From a virus (lineage: Duplodnaviria > Caudoviricetes), in the IMG/VR virus record IMGVR_UViG_3300043676_000014, positions 30,147 through 94,146 of that record: a DNA stretch of 64,000 nucleotides; one strand, 5' to 3'. Position numbers and translations under genes: made by a program. Shown here in pieces: positions 29,962-38,121 of this stretch. The notes beneath the pieces are model-generated. The model saw only the letters and a program-made list of their open reading frames with translations. It was not told the DNA's origin and made no database searches. Numbering within the stretch: the stretch's first letter is position 1; each line of letters opens with the position of its first letter.

Positions 29962-30183
29962 ATGAAAACAGCGCGCGAAATTCAAATGAAATTTGGCGAA
30001 GGCCGCCCGGCAATGGGCGGTTCAGTTCATGACATTACTATCCCAGCCGGAACGCGAGTCGTTCCTACCGACGACGCGCAATTCTTTGTTGATGATCTGA
30101 GATTTTTGGATCGGAACAGCATGGCTTACCATGACGCCTATCATTACGGCATTCGCCTGAATTGGGAGGACGTAACCGACTAA
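29962..30183 (+). CDS. Array ORF, hypothetical
   Basis: AAGGAG RBS, bounded by repeats. Confidence 0.75.
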   Translation: MKTAREIQMKFGEGRPAMGGSVHDITIPAGTRVVPTDDAQFFVDDLRFLDRNSMAYHDAYHYGIRLNWEDVTD

Positions 30184-30243
30184 CCCCTGGTTACGCCTTA
30201 CCCTGACTTACGGCTGATTTTGAAATACGAAAGGAGTCGCAAA

Positions 30244-30573
30244 ATGATAAGTGATAAATCAATGCGCAATGTGCTTCACGCCGCTGGTGTGGTGCGTACC
30301 GCCAAGGCGCGCGGGAAGAAGCCGAAGAACGCCGACCGCAGATTGCCGCCCGATCCCGAGGAAATGAACGACGACCGCGCGGCATGGGCGGGCGAGTGCA
30401 TCAGCCTCATGTCAGAGATTACCGGCTGTGAAGATGGGCAAGAGGCGGCGGGCGATTTGCTGGCAAACTATTTCCATTGGTGCGACCGCAACGGCTTGGA
30501 CATGGAAATGATGATAGAGCGCGCCCGCGCGTGTTACCGCGACGAAACTATGGCGTTTCCAGACGCGGGCTAA
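30244..30573 (+). CDS. Array ORF, hypothetical (DLL...HWCD motif)
   Basis: AAGGAG RBS, bounded by repeats. Confidence 0.75.
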   Translation: MISDKSMRNVLHAAGVVRTAKARGKKPKNADRRLPPDPEEMNDDRAAWAGECISLMSEITGCEDGQEAAGDLLANYFHWCDRNGLDMEMMIERARACYRDETMAFPDAG

Positions 30574-30616
30574 CCCCAGGATACGACTGATTCTAAAACA
30601 ACGAAAGGAGTCTGAA

Positions 30617-30901
30617 ATGTCGAATAAATACTATTACTTTCAACTCTGCACAAACGATATAGCGGCAATTGAAGCCGCAGGCTTGGGTGAGCTCGCCGCG
30701 AAGATGCGCGCCGACGCCGCCGAAATTGATAGCGAGGAAGCGAGCGACTGCCGCGAGAACGCGAGCGACAATGAGGGATTCACGCCGGAATGGTCCGGCC
30801 CGGTCGCGTTCTGCGATGACGGCAAAGCCTGGGTTATGACTTGGGAATTAGTCGATGATCCAAATGCGGAAGTCGAGGAAGAGGAGGAGGCTACAGCCTA
30901 A
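30617..30901 (+). CDS. Array ORF, very acidic protein
   Basis: About 24 D/E vs 5 K/R in 94 aa, AAGGAG RBS. Confidence 0.8.
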   Translation: MSNKYYYFQLCTNDIAAIEAAGLGELAAKMRADAAEIDSEEASDCRENASDNEGFTPEWSGPVAFCDDGKAWVMTWELVDDPNAEVEEEEEATA

Positions 30902-30945
30902 CCCCTGCTTACGTCTGATTTGAAACAAGGAAAGGAGTCGAGATC

Positions 30946-31158
30946 ATGGAAACGATCTTTAAGTATTGGGGAATGTGCGAGTCGCGCGGCGAAAAGCCTA
31001 AGCCGGTTTTTGCCGTCATTGAACGCTGGTTTGATACGGCCAACACAAAGGACAAGATTAAGCATTGGTCCCTTTCGCGGCGTGAGATGGCGAAGTGGGT
31101 TGGCTCGCTTGTCTCTCCGAATCTGTACGTCATCGTTAAAATCGAGCGCGTTACCTAA
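30946..31158 (+). CDS. Array ORF, hypothetical
   Basis: AAGGAG RBS, bounded by repeats. Confidence 0.7.
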   Translation: METIFKYWGMCESRGEKPKPVFAVIERWFDTANTKDKIKHWSLSRREMAKWVGSLVSPNLYVIVKIERVT

Positions 31159-31218
31159 CCCCTGCCACCGTCTAATTTTCATCCCTCGCAATTGTGCGGA
31201 AATAGAAGGAGTCCGAAT

Positions 31219-31497
31219 ATGGCTAAGTTGATTTTGACGGCATACCCTGCCCAGGTTTCCGAAAACGGAGGCTTTGGAGTCGTGTTCGATCTAACCGGAG
31301 CTCCGCCGCCGCTTCCGGCTAAGGTTGTCGAAATCAAGCGCGCGGCCGAGGCTACCGTGGCGCTTGAAGCCTACAAGGCGGAGGCCGCGCAAACCGGCAA
31401 GCCTATCGCTATTTCAATGCGGATTGCCGATGGCGACCGTTCGCCAAATGGCTTCAAGGCGCTGCAACGTCCCTATTATCATAAGGTGAACGCCTAG
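31219..31497 (+). CDS. Array ORF, hypothetical
   Basis: AAGGAG RBS, start trimmed to MAKLIL. Confidence 0.75.
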   Translation: MAKLILTAYPAQVSENGGFGVVFDLTGAPPPLPAKVVEIKRAAEATVALEAYKAEAAQTGKPIAISMRIADGDRSPNGFKALQRPYYHKVNA

Positions 31498-31592
31498 CAC
31501 CTACTCCCCGGTTGCGCCTTCATGTGCGCTACCCTGACCTACGACTGATTCCAAAAGGCGCAATGGTGCGCAAACTATAGAGGAGTCCAATT

Positions 31593-31925
31593 ATGACCTT
31601 TACACCTGATACCGAAGAAACGCCGGTTGTGTTTCGCGCCGAACGCTCTGGCAAGTTCAAGGGCGATGTTACCGCCGTGTTTCCCTGCGATCCTGCAGAC
31701 AGCAACGGCTATGAAATGACTTGTTACGCGCATATAGGCCAGCATTCCGGCTGCAGCCTAGGCTGGTATCACACCACGCGCGCCGCCAAGCCGGAAGAGT
31801 ATGCGGACCTGAAAAAGGAACTGGAATCCGCGCCTTACGGCTACCGGCTCAAAGTCTATTCGCGGATCCAACCCTGGATGCGAGAGGCGCGGAGCAAGAC
31901 CGCGAGGAAACTGGAAAAGGCTTAA
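31593..31925 (+). CDS. Array ORF, phage hypothetical (CY.H.GQH motif)
   Basis: GAGGAG RBS, bounded by repeats. Confidence 0.8.
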   Translation: MTFTPDTEETPVVFRAERSGKFKGDVTAVFPCDPADSNGYEMTCYAHIGQHSGCSLGWYHTTRAAKPEEYADLKKELESAPYGYRLKVYSRIQPWMREARSKTARKLEKA

Positions 31926-32032
31926 TCCCCCGGTTGCGCCTTCACGCCTAATTCTGGCGATGGCGTTACCCCTGGGTTACGACTGATTTTGTTTTAACGG
32001 CGCAATGGTGCGCAAACACAAGGAGTCTGAAC

Positions 32033-32203
32033 ATGAAAACATCAAAGGAACGGTGGCCGGAACTGTACGATGTCGCACTTCGTATTGCCAACGAGACCTG
32101 TTATCAAATTAACATGCAGGGCGCACAAGTCAAAAGCGAGATGCCGTACAAATCTCAATGCATCTTGGAGAGTGTCATAAAGATTCTGGAGCAGCGCGTT
32201 TAA
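32033..32203 (+). CDS. Array ORF, hypothetical (56 aa)
   Basis: AAGGAG RBS, manual translation. Confidence 0.65.
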   Translation: MKTSKERWPELYDVALRIANETCYQINMQGAQVKSEMPYKSQCILESVIKILEQRV

Positions 32204-32252
32204 CATTCAACTGGCGCAATGGTGCGCAACTTAACTAGAGGAGATTCAACTT

Positions 32253-32669
32253 ATGGGCTGTGACATTCACATGGTTTTGGAAAAGCGCATCAACGGGAAA
32301 TGGGTAACGACTCAGACCTTTGACGCAATCGAAAGCTGGAACGGATTTGCCTCGCCTATCGCGCGCAACCGTAACTATGAGCGCTTCGCTAGGCTCGCTG
32401 GCGTTCGAGGTGACGGCCCCGAGCCGCGCGGCATACCGGATGATCTTAGCGAAACCGGACGCTATCATGTGGACGTATGGAGCGGTGACGGCCATAGCCA
32501 CTCATGGTTGCCGCTAAAGGATGCCGTCAAGGTCTTTGCCGAAACCGAGCATAAGAAGCATGAGCCGAACAGCACGGCCACAGAGTATCCGACAGACTAC
32601 TATTTTGGCGTTTCTGACGACGACTCGGAAATGGACGATTATCGAGTCGTCTTTTGGTTCGATAACTGA
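32253..32669 (+). CDS. Array ORF, MGCDIH-family phage protein
   Basis: MGCDIH...RNY..FA.LAGVR...PRG.P.D...HSHSW...R.VFWFDN. Confidence 0.85.
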   Translation: MGCDIHMVLEKRINGKWVTTQTFDAIESWNGFASPIARNRNYERFARLAGVRGDGPEPRGIPDDLSETGRYHVDVWSGDGHSHSWLPLKDAVKVFAETEHKKHEPNSTATEYPTDYYFGVSDDDSEMDDYRVVFWFDN

Positions 32670-32739
32670 TCCTCACCCGAGGGGCGGCGCGTTGTCGCCC
32701 CTCTCTTACGGCTGATTTTAAATTAGAAGGAGTCCGGCA

Positions 32740-32937
32740 ATGTCATATGAAAGCACTTTGACGCGAGACGCTAACGGCTACTGCAAGCTATTCGGCCTTG
32801 AGTATCGGATATGGCCCGGCCGCAAATGGCGGCGCTGTTCCCTTACCATGCACGATCGATACGCGATCGAACAGCAAGCGGAGCTTCTAGCCGCACAGGA
32901 CAAGTGGAGCGGTTGGCGCGTTATCGAAGTAGCCTAA
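32740..32937 (+). CDS. Array ORF, hypothetical
   Basis: AAGGAG RBS, bounded by repeats. Confidence 0.7.
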   Translation: MSYESTLTRDANGYCKLFGLEYRIWPGRKWRRCSLTMHDRYAIEQQAELLAAQDKWSGWRVIEVA

Positions 32938-32987
32938 CCCTCACCTACGGCTGATTCCAAATTCACACGAACATAGGAGATTCACAA

Positions 32988-33278
32988 ATGGCTAACTACA
33001 AAACAGGCGCGGAACGGCGCAACGATAGAATGCACAAAATCTTCGAGACGGCATACGAGCTCGCCGCGCACAACGCGGGATGGTCGCCAACCGGAACGCA
33101 CGGGAAGTGGGTTTGCGCTGGCGATAAGCATTTCGCCAAAGGCAGCTACATGCCTACGGATCGCGCCTGCCGGTACATCTGCGAAGATCACAATTTGCTC
33201 GGTTTGCGTTCGCATGACAGTTCCGATGCCGCTCCAAGCGACCCGGCCCCTCATATGCCGATTGGATTGATCGACTAA
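32988..33278 (+). CDS. Array ORF, hypothetical
   Basis: AGGAG RBS, bounded by repeats. Confidence 0.7.
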   Translation: MANYKTGAERRNDRMHKIFETAYELAAHNAGWSPTGTHGKWVCAGDKHFAKGSYMPTDRACRYICEDHNLLGLRSHDSSDAAPSDPAPHMPIGLID

Positions 33279-33324
33279 CCCTCACTCCCGGCTGATTTCA
33301 AACACTCATAGAGGAGATAGAAAA

Positions 33325-33666
33325 ATGACGAATCTACTTGCGACGGCGCGGATGATCTTCAACACGAAAGCAACGGAATGGGCTCACGGTTGGGAAACAG
33401 CCCGCGTGCGGGCTACCCGATACCAAAATCCACATCTAGGATTTAACGTCGGATTCTCCTTTCCGAAGAATCCGCATGATTGCGACCGGGCCGACATGAT
33501 GGACTGGCTCCGGGAGAATGGCGTTCACGTCTATAGTTGCGGTGGCTACCCTGGTGCGGAAGTTATGGCTTTGGTTGACGGCGTTAAAAGCAAAGAAGCC
33601 GCGAACGAGTGGTTGCCAACCTTCCTCCCAAGGCTCGATGCTTGGGTAAAGGATAATTTGCACTGA
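33325..33666 (+). CDS. Array ORF, hypothetical
   Basis: GAGGAG RBS, bounded by repeats. Confidence 0.75.
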   Translation: MTNLLATARMIFNTKATEWAHGWETARVRATRYQNPHLGFNVGFSFPKNPHDCDRADMMDWLRENGVHVYSCGGYPGAEVMALVDGVKSKEAANEWLPTFLPRLDAWVKDNLH

Positions 33667-33734
33667 GGCAAACCCCCGCTTACGACTGATTTCAACCGCG
33701 CCAATGTGCGCAACGAAACAAAGGAGATAGAATT

Positions 33735-34025
33735 ATGATCGCATGGACAAATGAACAGCAGAATCTCGCCTTGGCCGATGGCTGGGGAGTTTTCGACAAC
33801 TCGGACCACGGCTTGCGCATCGAACGCCACGACGCGGCGCAACGCTTTGACTGCGATGCGGCGGCGCAAGCCTATGTTTCAGTCCGAGCCATGAACGGCG
33901 ACCGCCTAGCTAAATCAGCATGGCGGGAGATCGCATGGCATCATGCCGTGCTCGATGCGGCCGACGACGAGGACGCATCTGGAATGCGCGAGGAAATGGC
34001 CGACAAGATCCAGCGGCGATCCTGA
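33735..34025 (+). CDS. Array ORF, hypothetical
   Basis: AAGGAG RBS, bounded by repeats. Confidence 0.75.
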   Translation: MIAWTNEQQNLALADGWGVFDNSDHGLRIERHDAAQRFDCDAAAQAYVSVRAMNGDRLAKSAWREIAWHHAVLDAADDEDASGMREEMADKIQRRS

Positions 34026-34064
34026 CCCTACGCTACGGCTGATTCCAATTGAGAGGAGGAACCA

Positions 34065-34295
34065 TTGGCGCGCAAGCATCCATTTCACTATGACACTTAC
34101 CATAAACTGCACGATCAATTTGACCCAATCGTGAAGTCAAATGACGCGCGGCTTTTTCCAGAGGTCCGAAAGAAACTCGAAGAGGCGCAACACGCAGTTT
34201 GGTCCGGCGTGGAATACTCAAATGGATATGGAGCGCGCGTTCGGGCTGCGCGACGACTAGCCCCAGCTACGGCTGATTCCAACGAAAGGAGCTAA
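34065..34295 (+). CDS. Array ORF, hypothetical; reads through a repeat copy
   Basis: GAGGAGG RBS, TTG start. Confidence 0.6.
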   Translation: MARKHPFHYDTYHKLHDQFDPIVKSNDARLFPEVRKKLEEAQHAVWSGVEYSNGYGARVRAARRLAPATADSNERS

Positions 34296-34305
34296 TGAAA
34301 ACACG

Positions 34306-34548
34306 ATGCCCAAACAAAATATGTCAGAGCCGATCCAGTTTCGATCCAAGGCGAATGGCGATCTCATGAGCGGCCAAGCCGTTTGGGACCGTAGGATGGA
34401 TACGTTAATAACCGGAGAGGATACCAAGCTATCGGATGGCGACATGGTTACACTCAGAGACGGGTTTAGCCTTATCGTCCACCATCCCGAACAGCGGGTT
34501 GGCGGCGTTACGGTATGGCAGGCGCGTATGCTGCCGATGAAGCTGTGA
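34306..34548 (+). CDS. Array ORF, hypothetical
   Basis: Co-oriented, between repeats. Start uncertain. Confidence 0.55.
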   Translation: MPKQNMSEPIQFRSKANGDLMSGQAVWDRRMDTLITGEDTKLSDGDMVTLRDGFSLIVHHPEQRVGGVTVWQARMLPMKL

Positions 34549-34644
34549 TCATATCCACCCCCCAACTACGGCTGATTCCAACACCCCTACTTGCGGCTGA
34601 TTCCGTGAGCGTAGAGAGAGATAAACACTTGAGGAGGGAAGAAT

Positions 34645-34830
34645 ATGAAATGGATATTGAAGGGTTACATGGCCTTTGTGGCTGCAACCTTATGCTTCAT
34701 GGCCTACGCCTTCACTGGACGCGAAATCACATTGGGGAAGATAAAAGAGACGTGCCACATCGCACTCGCTTTCAAAGACCCCACGCCCACGGCGCAAGCT
34801 ATCTGTTTTAGAAACGGGTTTTATAAATAG
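34645..34830 (+). CDS. Array ORF, small membrane/secreted protein
   Basis: GAGGAGG RBS, hydrophobic N-terminus. Confidence 0.65.
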   Translation: MKWILKGYMAFVAATLCFMAYAFTGREITLGKIKETCHIALAFKDPTPTAQAICFRNGFYK

Positions 34831-34857
34831 CCCTTTAGCAGAGAGGAGATTCGTTCA

Positions 34858-35132
34858 ATGACAGATCGGGAAAGGGCGGCGGCTATCCGCGCGCATGGTG
34901 CTGCGCATGAGGCAAAGATTGTCAAACGGCGCAAGGCCAGGACGGCGGCCGATGAGCGTAAAAAGAAACGCGGCCTGGCTGCAGCGGTCGCGCGACTCAA
35001 ATAGGAGGACTGACAATGTTTGTGCTTGGCTTCGCTTGCGGTTTGGTTTTTGCCCTGTCCTCGCTGTTCGGGATATGGGTCTACGCCACTAGGCCCGATC
35101 CTGGCGGCCCCTTCAATTGGCCGCTGGATTGA
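34858..35132 (+). CDS. Two tiny array ORFs (34858-35004 basic 48 aa; 35016-35132 hydrophobic 38 aa)
   Basis: GAGGAG and AGGAGG RBSs, manual translation. Confidence 0.5.
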
Positions 35133-35195
35133 CCCTCACCTACGACTGATTTTTCCTTACCCCTGGTTGCGGCTGATTTGGAGGAGGACTTTGAA

Positions 35196-35450
35196 ATGGC
35201 GAATTGGATACTCGATTCTGTGGTTGAGGTTGACGAAACTGGAAAGGAAACTGAATACCCGATCCATGTCGACTCCAAACCAAACCCCTGCCACATCTTC
35301 GTTGAAAACGTAATAACTGACATTTCACGCCTGCCAGAACGAGACAACGATTCCAAATATGTCATGCAGGTTTCTATAGACGAATTACGGGCTATTTTGG
35401 CTAGACGTCTTTGGGATCTGATACACCCGGCTACGACGGATTCCGTTTGA
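35196..35450 (+). CDS. Array ORF, acidic hypothetical
   Basis: GGAGG RBS, ends through a degenerate repeat. Confidence 0.7.
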   Translation: MANWILDSVVEVDETGKETEYPIHVDSKPNPCHIFVENVITDISRLPERDNDSKYVMQVSIDELRAILARRLWDLIHPATTDSV

Positions 35451-35489
35451 CCCCTAGTTGCGCCTTAATAATTGAGAGGAGGATTGACG

Positions 35490-35708
35490 ATGAATAGCGA
35501 ACCGAAAACAGCGGCGGAGTTCGACGCCTTGCCGATTGGCGGAGAGTTCGGCAGTCGAACCGAAAACGGAATTACGATTCCGGTCGCGCCGGACGTTGTG
35601 GCGTATCACGCAAGCGATGACACAATCGTATCGCGCATAGACGAGTTCGGCGGCAGATGGATACTTGGCCGCTACGCCTCCGGGCACTGGTTCAAACGGA
35701 GAATGTAG
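35490..35708 (+). CDS. Array ORF, hypothetical
   Basis: GGAGG RBS. Confidence 0.65.
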   Translation: MNSEPKTAAEFDALPIGGEFGSRTENGITIPVAPDVVAYHASDDTIVSRIDEFGGRWILGRYASGHWFKRRM

Positions 35709-35711
35709 CCC

Positions 35712-35995
35712 ATGATCGGAAACATAATATGGGCCATAGCCTTCATCCTGGTTCTGGCTGCGCTTTCGCAAATGGGAAAGGAAAAGGAATGACGAAACCT
35801 GCAACCGATGCATTTGCCTTAGACGCCTTACTTTCCGGACAGCAGCCTGAACCGGTCGCCTCGACCATCGAAGATGACGAACTAAGGGCGGAGATTCGGC
35901 GCATCGGAAACGCCGTTAAGCGGATTTATGAAGAGGAGTCCGCCGCTGCATACCAACGCTATCTGGATACGAGGACCACCCCCACTGACGGCTAA
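35712..35995 (+). CDS. Two small array ORFs (35712-35792 hydrophobic; 35789-35995)
   Basis: ATGA coupling, manual translation. Confidence 0.5.
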
Positions 35996-36047
35996 TTCCA
36001 GTTCCACGCTACCCGTGGCTACGGCTGATTTTGAGAGGAGATGAAGT

Positions 36048-36314
36048 ATGAATTCTACGATTTGGAAATCCGTCTTGAAACTAGAGGACGTGCAGAAGAT
36101 CATGGTGCCGGATGGATCGGAGTTGCTATGCGCCCGCGAGCAATTCGAGCAGATATGCGTGTGGTATCGCTGCGATCCGAAGGCCGAGAAGTCGCCGCGC
36201 TCCATTGCCATTGTCGGCACTGGCAATCCTGCACCTGGCGCTGATGGTCGCTATCTTGGAACGGCCTCGCTTAGTGGTGGATCGCTCATGTTTCATGTAT
36301 TCGAGCGACAGTAA
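36048..36314 (+). CDS. Array ORF, conserved phage hypothetical
   Basis: IWK..L...Q.+..P.G...L......+W...P...GTG...YLGT....+.HVFE. Confidence 0.8.
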   Translation: MNSTIWKSVLKLEDVQKIMVPDGSELLCAREQFEQICVWYRCDPKAEKSPRSIAIVGTGNPAPGADGRYLGTASLSGGSLMFHVFERQ

Positions 36315-36315
36315 G

Positions 36316-36852
36316 ATGACCAATAAGCCTTGGGAAACCGAACCTGACAATCTCGACTTCGAGGCCGATGGCTTGCGCTGCGTCATGCGCCGAAATTCGT
36401 TTGGCATATGGTGTGGGTACGTCGGCGTCGGCGAGGATCACCCTTGGTTTGGCTTGCCGAGCAATACATTGATCAAGCCGACGCCGGACATGCTTGAAAA
36501 CCGCAGCCTCGACGATATGGGCGTATTCAACTTGTTCATAGCGTCGTTTTCCAACAAAGACCCTAGCGATGAGTTAGAGATTGCGTCGGCGCTGCGTGTT
36601 CACGGCGGCATCAGCTTTAGCGACTTCATGGATGATGGATTATTCTATTACGGCTTTGATTGCGGCCATGCTGGCGACTTCGCGCCAGAGATGCAGAAGC
36701 ATTACGAAACCCTGCCGGAGCATCTTCGCCGCTCCATGCCGCGCGGCGTCTATCGAGATCAGCAATTTGTCGTCAGCGAGTGTCAGCAATTGGCCGCGCA
36801 ATTAGTAAGAATAGCGCAGGCGTTCAAGGCTACCGCAGAAGCATCGAAATAA
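36316..36852 (+). CDS. Array ORF, conserved phage hypothetical
   Basis: W.GYV...HP...VHGG+.F...GFDC.H.GD, start trimmed to MTNKPW. Confidence 0.8.
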   Translation: MTNKPWETEPDNLDFEADGLRCVMRRNSFGIWCGYVGVGEDHPWFGLPSNTLIKPTPDMLENRSLDDMGVFNLFIASFSNKDPSDELEIASALRVHGGISFSDFMDDGLFYYGFDCGHAGDFAPEMQKHYETLPEHLRRSMPRGVYRDQQFVVSECQQLAAQLVRIAQAFKATAEASK

Positions 36853-36885
36853 CCGGCAATCGTGCCCAACAGAAAGGACACCCCC

Positions 36886-37047
36886 ATGTCACCCCCACGC
36901 TTCACCCACAAGCGCATCACTTCATCCGACTTCAAGGCCGAGCTCGACCGTCAGAATCTCAGCCTGCCGGCGTTCACCCGGATCTGGTGCCAGAATCTAT
37001 CCAAGACTAAACGCTGGGCCAACGGCCAGGAGGACATCCCTACATGA
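36886..37047 (+). CDS. Small HTH-like protein, possibly truncated
   Basis: F...L...L....F..+....... RW..G...IP pattern. Confidence 0.55.
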   Translation: MSPPRFTHKRITSSDFKAELDRQNLSLPAFTRIWCQNLSKTKRWANGQEDIPT

Positions 37048-37259
37048 GCGCCGAATCGCAAATGCGCGATGAGATGCTTGTCTTGGCCCAGTTTTTGATG
37101 CGCGGGTCCACGTATACGTGCCGCAACGGCATCGAATATGTCTCTGATATTTACCTGAGCGTACACGACCGAGACTTGATCGTTGAGGCCCTGAAGGAAT
37201 GCGCGAGAAACGCATTTGAGTTACCAAACGGCCCTAGTGCCAAACCGAAAGGAACATAA
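37044..37259 (+). CDS. Array ORF, hypothetical
   Basis: ATGA overlap, GGAGG RBS. Confidence 0.6.
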   Translation: MSAESQMRDEMLVLAQFLMRGSTYTCRNGIEYVSDIYLSVHDRDLIVEALKECARNAFELPNGPSAKPKGT

Positions 37260-37262
37260 ACC

Positions 37263-37889
37263 ATGGAACAACAGAGACGCAGAGGCGCCCCAGGCATTGC
37301 ATTTCAGGTAACATCATATGCGAACGAGCATGGGTCTGGATTTGTAGCTGCATTCAGGGTGCCTGGGCTACCGAAGCGGTACGTGCAGGCAAATCAAGGC
37401 GAGCGGGCTATTTTCAACACTAAGACAGAGGCTCTTGCCGCAGCAGGCATGGCCCTTGCCCAACGATTGAACGAACGCGTCATGAGTAAGACAATCAAAA
37501 ATGACTATGAGCGTCTTAGCCCCGCAGTCTTTGCGAGGATACTTGGAGAGATCAACATCAATCCAACGGACTTTTGCTGGATGCATGGAATGCGCTATGA
37601 TCGCTTGATGAGGTGGATTGAAGGTATGGAGGATATTCCGGCTTGGCTTCGGCCCGTGATGGCCGCCTATCTTGTTCCGGAAGCGCTAGACCGAGCATGG
37701 GAAGAAGCAGAATTGGCGACAACGCCGCGGCCTCGCAAGCCACGGCCCGTTGAAGAAAAGCGAGAACATACGCCGCCGCTAGATGAGGTTGAAATTGACG
37801 CAGACAATCCGAATGGAGACGGGGAAAATATCGAATGGCTCACGCCAGAGCAGCATCGCGCGAAACACGACAGGGGCGGCTACGGCTGA
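37263..37889 (+). CDS. Two-domain protein with C-terminal HTH-like segment; last array gene
   Basis: RW..G.EDIP segment similar to 36886-37047. Stop codon lies inside a repeat. Confidence 0.7.
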   Translation: MEQQRRRGAPGIAFQVTSYANEHGSGFVAAFRVPGLPKRYVQANQGERAIFNTKTEALAAAGMALAQRLNERVMSKTIKNDYERLSPAVFARILGEININPTDFCWMHGMRYDRLMRWIEGMEDIPAWLRPVMAAYLVPEALDRAWEEAELATTPRPRKPRPVEEKREHTPPLDEVEIDADNPNGDGENIEWLTPEQHRAKHDRGGYG

Positions 37890-37923
37890 TTCCAATAGCC
37901 CTGGCTACGACTGATTTTTCCAA

Positions 37924-38115
37924 CTAAGGATTATATTTTCGAGGCCACTCCGGATCAAAGCCTCGAGCACAAACCCAGAGCGTATTTGTATTATAGAAAG
38001 CAAATGCGGCAACGTGATCCGGGCCGCAAATTGGATATCTAATCCAAGCCATCCAAGCCGTTCCGATCCAGAATACAAATGAAAGGGCGCCTAAAAACGC
38101 AAGGAACTTCATCAC
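37924..38115 (-). CDS. Small membrane protein between two repeat doublets
   Basis: Hydrophobic N-terminus, GGAGAGGG RBS. Confidence 0.6.
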   Translation of the reverse strand: MMKFLAFLGALSFVFWIGTAWMAWIRYPICGPDHVAAFAFYNTNTLWVCARGFDPEWPRKYNP

Positions 38116-38121
38116 CCTCTC

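Larger units (their letters stand above)
26588..36866 (+). repeat. Dispersed hairpin/palindrome (GCGCA-ATNG-TGCGC family), 12 copies upstream of RBSs
   Basis: Copies at 26588, 27127, 27467, 27822, 28676, 29417, 31186, 31558, 32000, 32214, 33698 and 36855. Confidence 0.85.
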
